Of a stretch of 64,000 nucleotides of DNA, positions 59,695 to 64,000 are shown one piece after another. The stretch lies in assembly GCF_947242115.1 (NCBI RefSeq), contig NC_074722.1, positions 29,924,340-29,988,339 of the forward strand. Reading direction: 5' to 3'. Source of the stretch: Biomphalaria glabrata (lineage: Eukaryota). The translations under genes were made by a program, and so were the position numbers. How positions within the stretch are numbered: the stretch's first letter is position 1; every line of letters begins with the position of its first letter. Below the pieces are notes generated by a model. That model ran no database searches. It saw only the letters and a list, made by a program, of their open reading frames with translations, and was not told the DNA's origin.

Positions 59695-62167
59695 CTGAAA
59701 CGTGTAATCCCCATCTTAATGTTTGAAGTGTTTGAAACAATGCATATAAACAAGTAAATTCAGGAAAATTGCAGAATTCTCTGAGGCTATGAAGAGTTAA
59801 GACTCCACAAGAAAGGTACAAAAGGCCATTCTTCCTGTCCCAAGGATAAAGGAGGAAGACCGGACATAAAGCTAACAACCCGTTCTGGAAATTTTAATGC
59901 TACAGAAAGCTAACAAAAGAAAACAGAAAACTTTGTCTTGTGAGCAAAAGGCATTTCTCAAGGGATAAAAGCCAAAAGGGTCTAAATCACATTTATTATA
60001 TGTGACATAAAAACTACGACAAAAAAAAAATAATTAAATCACGTGGCCGGCACAATGACTTCCTTCTTTTACTATTTCCTAACAAATTTCAGGTAACCAA
60101 CAGAGCTATGTGAGCTTAGAGCTACCTAAACATAAGGATTTAGAAATTCTAGCGCCCCCCCCCCACTCAAACACAGATACACACTTACTTAGAGCTCTTT
60201 CAATGCACTTTGATTCTATCACTTGTCTGGACCAGTTTGGGAAAAAAAAAAGGGGGGGGGAGTGAGAAAGAATGCGGTATCTGTGTGAATGTTACCGTGA
60301 TCGCATTTTATAACAAACATTTAAAATCGAGTAACAACTGTGCCAGCGAAGTGCTTATGAACATAGAAGGTGTTATAGTTATCTATTGTTAGTTTCAAAC
60401 TTTTAAGCGACGACCTACATAAAGTATAAAGGGGCTAGTTCAACTTATACCACCAGAACAATCATGTAAAATTCTTCTCTTGTTCGATACCAAACAAAAA
60501 AAAATTACCAATAGTTAACTAATTGGTTATTTTTTTTTTAGTGATTCTTTTTTTTTTTTTGTCAGGAACAAGAAATAATTGTGAGAAATGTCCAAACCAG
60601 CACACCACAGTTAGTAGGCCTAAAAAGGAAATTCTACATACGTATGTTTATTGACAAATTAGTGAGTCGCAATTTTATTCAGCGTTGATTGCCATTAAGT
60701 AATAATCCGCTTGGGTCTGAAAAAAACTTTGCTCGCACAGAATCTCACTTACCACAATTGTCAGAAATTAGGACAATATTTATAACTGAATCATCTAGCC
60801 AACATCTTTTTTATTAAAATTCAAGATCTCAAGCAGGTTCTTGTTGCAGACGTTCAATGACTTCTGGAAAAATTGATCCAGTTTTGTGATGTCAATGGAA
60901 CTGTCCAAAAAAAAGTCGAAAAATATTTGTCCCATTATCACTCAATATTGCAATAAGTTCGTTTTGTAGTTGTGGAGACATGTAAGTATTCGTTCTTGAA
61001 TTAGAGCTTAGTTCGGAGCACATGTTCTCTCGGGAGAGAATTGAACTTGGACAGTGATTTCACAAACCCCTAGAAATTACCTAGATTTTGTCTTTGTCAT
61101 TCTTCTTCAATTTGTTCGCGATTTCAAAATTCTTTTTTTTTTTTTATAGAGTTTAAGGCATTTATTTATAAGCTCTAGATATAGATGAAACCAGCGTACT
61201 GAACAATGGAGTGTGATGTTGCTAGTTCAGGCTGTCTTGAAGTCAACCAATTACTCTGCAATCGTTTGGGTGTAATTGTTCGGGTGTATTACGTGTAGTT
61301 GACCAACAACACAAACAAGAACTGGCACATCGATTGTAACAGGTGAAGAGATGTAGTCAACGATGATGAACAAGTTAATATATATTTATTATGATAAAAG
61401 GCCACAGTAGAAGTCTCTGTCACTAAACACGTCGTTACCCTGGATTGTTCTATCGCTAACTGATTTTCCGGTCTCTAACCCAACATATCCCAAACGTCAC
61501 TAGTCCCGTTCAATATGCGTCTACCATGGTGCGTCGCTAAATAACTAAAATAACTAACCTATATAAATAAGGTGTCTAACAGATTCCTCCCCCCCTTGAA
61601 AAAAAATATGTCAATATTTTTCCACTACTGTCAAGTCTTACAAGGGCATTTTCAATTTAAGGGGAAGACCACAAACATAAAATCTTGACATCTTCTTCTT
61701 GACATCTTCATCTTGACTTGACAGTTCCTCATATACATGTCAATGTTCATAACAGTTCATAACATTCCAGAATCATCTTCATTGGTACACAGTTCATCAT
61801 GGCGGAAAATGTGGCATCTTATGGGCATGTCCTACACATCTCAAATGTTCTTCACTGGCAGTAATCTGATAAAATACAATATTTCAAAAAACAATTACAG
61901 ACTTTATTTACACATTCAATACATTTTTTCTTACCACCCTTTTATACGCTTTTGTCCATTTTTCTTTTATACTCACCCTTTTCCATAGAACTAACTTTCG
62001 TCAATGATATATGAAATGATTCACACAAAAAAAAAAATATCCATACTTACTTTTAAATGCTTAACATCAAATTTACTTATCTCCCTTTTCCATAACATAT
62101 AAATGATGTCAATATATTAATATATAGTACATAATCAATATAATCATAGTTTATTTACAAAATTATT

Positions 62168-64000
62168 TCACTTCAATGTCATTCTAGACAATAGATCAGC
62201 TACAATATTCACAGATCCACTAATAGCTTTCACTTCAAATTTATATTCCTGTAGTGCTAAGAACCATCTATAAACACGACTGTTTTTCATGCTCTTTTGC
62301 TGTATATATTGAATAGGTTTATGATCAGTTAATAATATGAATTTCCTTCCTATTAAATAGCTCTCTAGCTTAGTAATTACCCATATTACAGCTAAGGCTT
62401 CTCTTTCAATGACACTATATTTTTTCTCTGCCTCTGACAATTTTCTACTTACATATAATATAGGATGTAAGTTATCATAGTTCTGCATTAAACAACCACC
62501 AATAGCATTACCAGATGCATCAGTTGTGACATAAAATATTTTGTCTTTATCAGGTAGTCTTAATATTAGTTCATGACTGAAAACATCTTTAATTCTGTCA
62601 ATAGCTTTCACACATTCCTCATTACAAACTACTTTTTGGGGTTTTCCTTTTTTAAGTAAGTCATTTAATGGATTCACTATTTCTGCTAAGTTCTTTATAA
62701 ACTTTCTGTAATAATTTACTATTCCCAATATGCTTTTAATTTGTCTTTTTGTTGTAGGTATTTCAATATTAAGTACTTTCTTTATGTTATCTTCAATAGG
62801 GCTAATCATGTTGTTATTTACTTTATGTCCTAAGAAAATTATTTCCTCCAATCCTATTTCTACTTTTTCTGCTTGAATTGTAAGTCCACTTTCTTTTATT
62901 ATTTTGAATACTTCTTTTACATCTACCAAATGTTCCTCCCAACTATTATTAAAAATACATATGTCATCCAAATAGCAAATAACATTTTCTTTGTTTCCAA
63001 TTATCATGTTCATCATTCTATTAAATGTGGCAGGTGCATTTACTAATCCAAAACTCATATAATTCCATTGAAAAATACCATATGGTGTTACAAATGCTGT
63101 GTAAGGTTTTGCATTTTCTGTTAAAGGTATTTGCCAATAACCTTTAGTTAAATCTAATTTAGTAAAAAATTTTGCTCCATTTAATTTATGTAAAATATCC
63201 TCTATATTTGGCATTGGATATGGGTCAAATTCTGTGATGTTGTTAAGTTTCCTATAATCAATACATAACCTTATATCTCCATTCTTCTTTTTGGCTATCA
63301 CAATTGGTGAAGCATAAGGAGATGTTGATGGTTCAATTATACCTGATTCTAGTAAATTGTCTATTTCTTTCTTTACTTTGTCTTGTAAATGTAGCGGTAT
63401 TCTATATGGCTTAAGCTTGATAGGTTTTGAGTCTGTTACTTTAATGTCATGTTTAATAATATTAGTTTTTCCTGGTATACTGGAAAAAATTTCTTTGTAT
63501 TCCTGTATTATTTTAGTTATATCTTTTGACTTTTCCTTAGTTAGATTATTAAGATTAATCTTTTGCCAAGTTTGATTTTCTTTTGTTTCTATTACAGGTA
63601 TTTCCTTAATATCATTTTCATTATGATTTTCATTTGTTATTATCATCAAGCATTCTTCTCTTTCTGAAAATGTATTTTCTATTTCCTCCTGAATGTTTTG
63701 TATCAACTCATCTTCTCTATCATGATATAGTTTCAAATTATTTATGTGATATGTTTTAACTTTCCCATTTATTTCAATTTGATAATTGACATCACTAATT
63801 TGTTTTATCACCTTAAATGGACCTTTCCATTGTTTACCAATTTTATTTTTCAGGTCATTTATTAATATTAATACGTTGTTTCCTACTTCTAGTGTTTTCA
63901 ATTGTCTTTTCTTATTTATATTCTCATGAGCACTTTGTTTGTACTTCTTATTGTTGTTATATGCCTGAGTCCATATTTCTTTCAATTCTGTTGTGATTGT
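62168..64000 (-). mobile_element. Ty3/gypsy-type LTR-retrotransposon pol fragment (reverse transcriptase plus RNase H). The ORF runs off the window end, and no integrase follows.
   Basis: The 605-aa ORF carries the RT motifs ...PYASPIVIAKKKNGDIRLCIDYRKLN...FTKLDLTKGYWQIPL...YTAFVTPYGIFQWNYMSFGLVNAPATF...ICYLDDICIF... and the RNase H motifs TDASGNAIGGCLMQ...LTDHKPIQYI...ADLLSR. Downstream (lower coordinates) the sequence is AT-rich non-coding with no HHCC/DDE integrase, so the copy is truncated or decayed. Confidence 0.9.

Noticed and set aside
60160-61000. Possible small exons (for example ...WSRQVIESKCIERAL with a GTAAGT donor near 60185; MSPQLQNELIAILSDNGTNIF near 60900).
   Set aside because: They are too short, lack ATG/phase continuity with the 59487-59694 exon, and conflicting donor-like signals exist on both strands.
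63357-63575. Plus-strand 72-aa ORF.
   Set aside because: It is antisense inside the gypsy reverse-transcriptase ORF.
1-64000. Search for CRISPR arrays, rRNA, prokaryotic promoters/terminators, operons.
   Set aside because: None is present. The only direct-repeat arrays are VNTRs and microsatellites of a eukaryotic composite retroposon. Spacer-like unique inserts between repeats are absent, and intron-exon structure pervades the window.

Overview
This window is eukaryotic, almost certainly metazoan nuclear DNA, not prokaryotic. It is about 70% AT, carries GT-AG introns with consistent phases, tRNA-derived SINEs, LINE tails and microsatellites. There are no operons, CRISPR arrays, rRNA genes or genuine tRNA genes. 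At least five spliced protein-coding genes can be reconstructed by hand. (1) A small three-exon gene at 685-2586 (+) encodes only a FAR1/WRKY-GCM1 type zinc finger, the DNA-binding domain of MULE transposases. (2) A CENPV-like gene with a GFA domain lies at 4452-8655 (+). (3) The Golgi SNARE GOSR1/GS28 lies at 11625-21650 (-) with seven coding exons. (4) The checkpoint kinase CHEK2 (Chk2/Cds1) lies at 27583-38104 (+) with 16 coding exons, FHA plus kinase domain, placed divergently from GOSR1. (5) An LRRC74-like ribonuclease-inhibitor-type LRR protein with two C-terminal EF-hands runs from about 45035 to 54926 (-); its 5' and 3' ends are unresolved. There is also an orphan acidic coding exon at 59487-59694 (-). 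A Ty3/gypsy pol fragment (RT plus RNase H) lies at 62168-64000 (-). The 5.9 kb between GOSR1 and CHEK2, and the region 56.6-58.7 kb, hold copies of an unusual composite element. It has a G/C-homopolymer head, internal VNTR arrays of about 115 bp and about 174 bp units, and a 3' module shared with an RTE-like LINE tail. Copy A carries two nested LINE insertions with clear target-site duplications. Other notable items are three degenerate (CTAGAT)n self-complementary hexamer tracts, a TCTCGCGAGA palindrome directly upstream of the GOSR1 ATG, an orphan GC/CCAAT/CRE island and a GTGTTCGATAA motif cluster inside GOSR1 intron 1, and a GC-rich island of about 230 bp ending in T8 at 55380-55607 that is a candidate Pol III ncRNA. 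All coordinates were derived by hand; exon borders are accurate to a few bases where marked.
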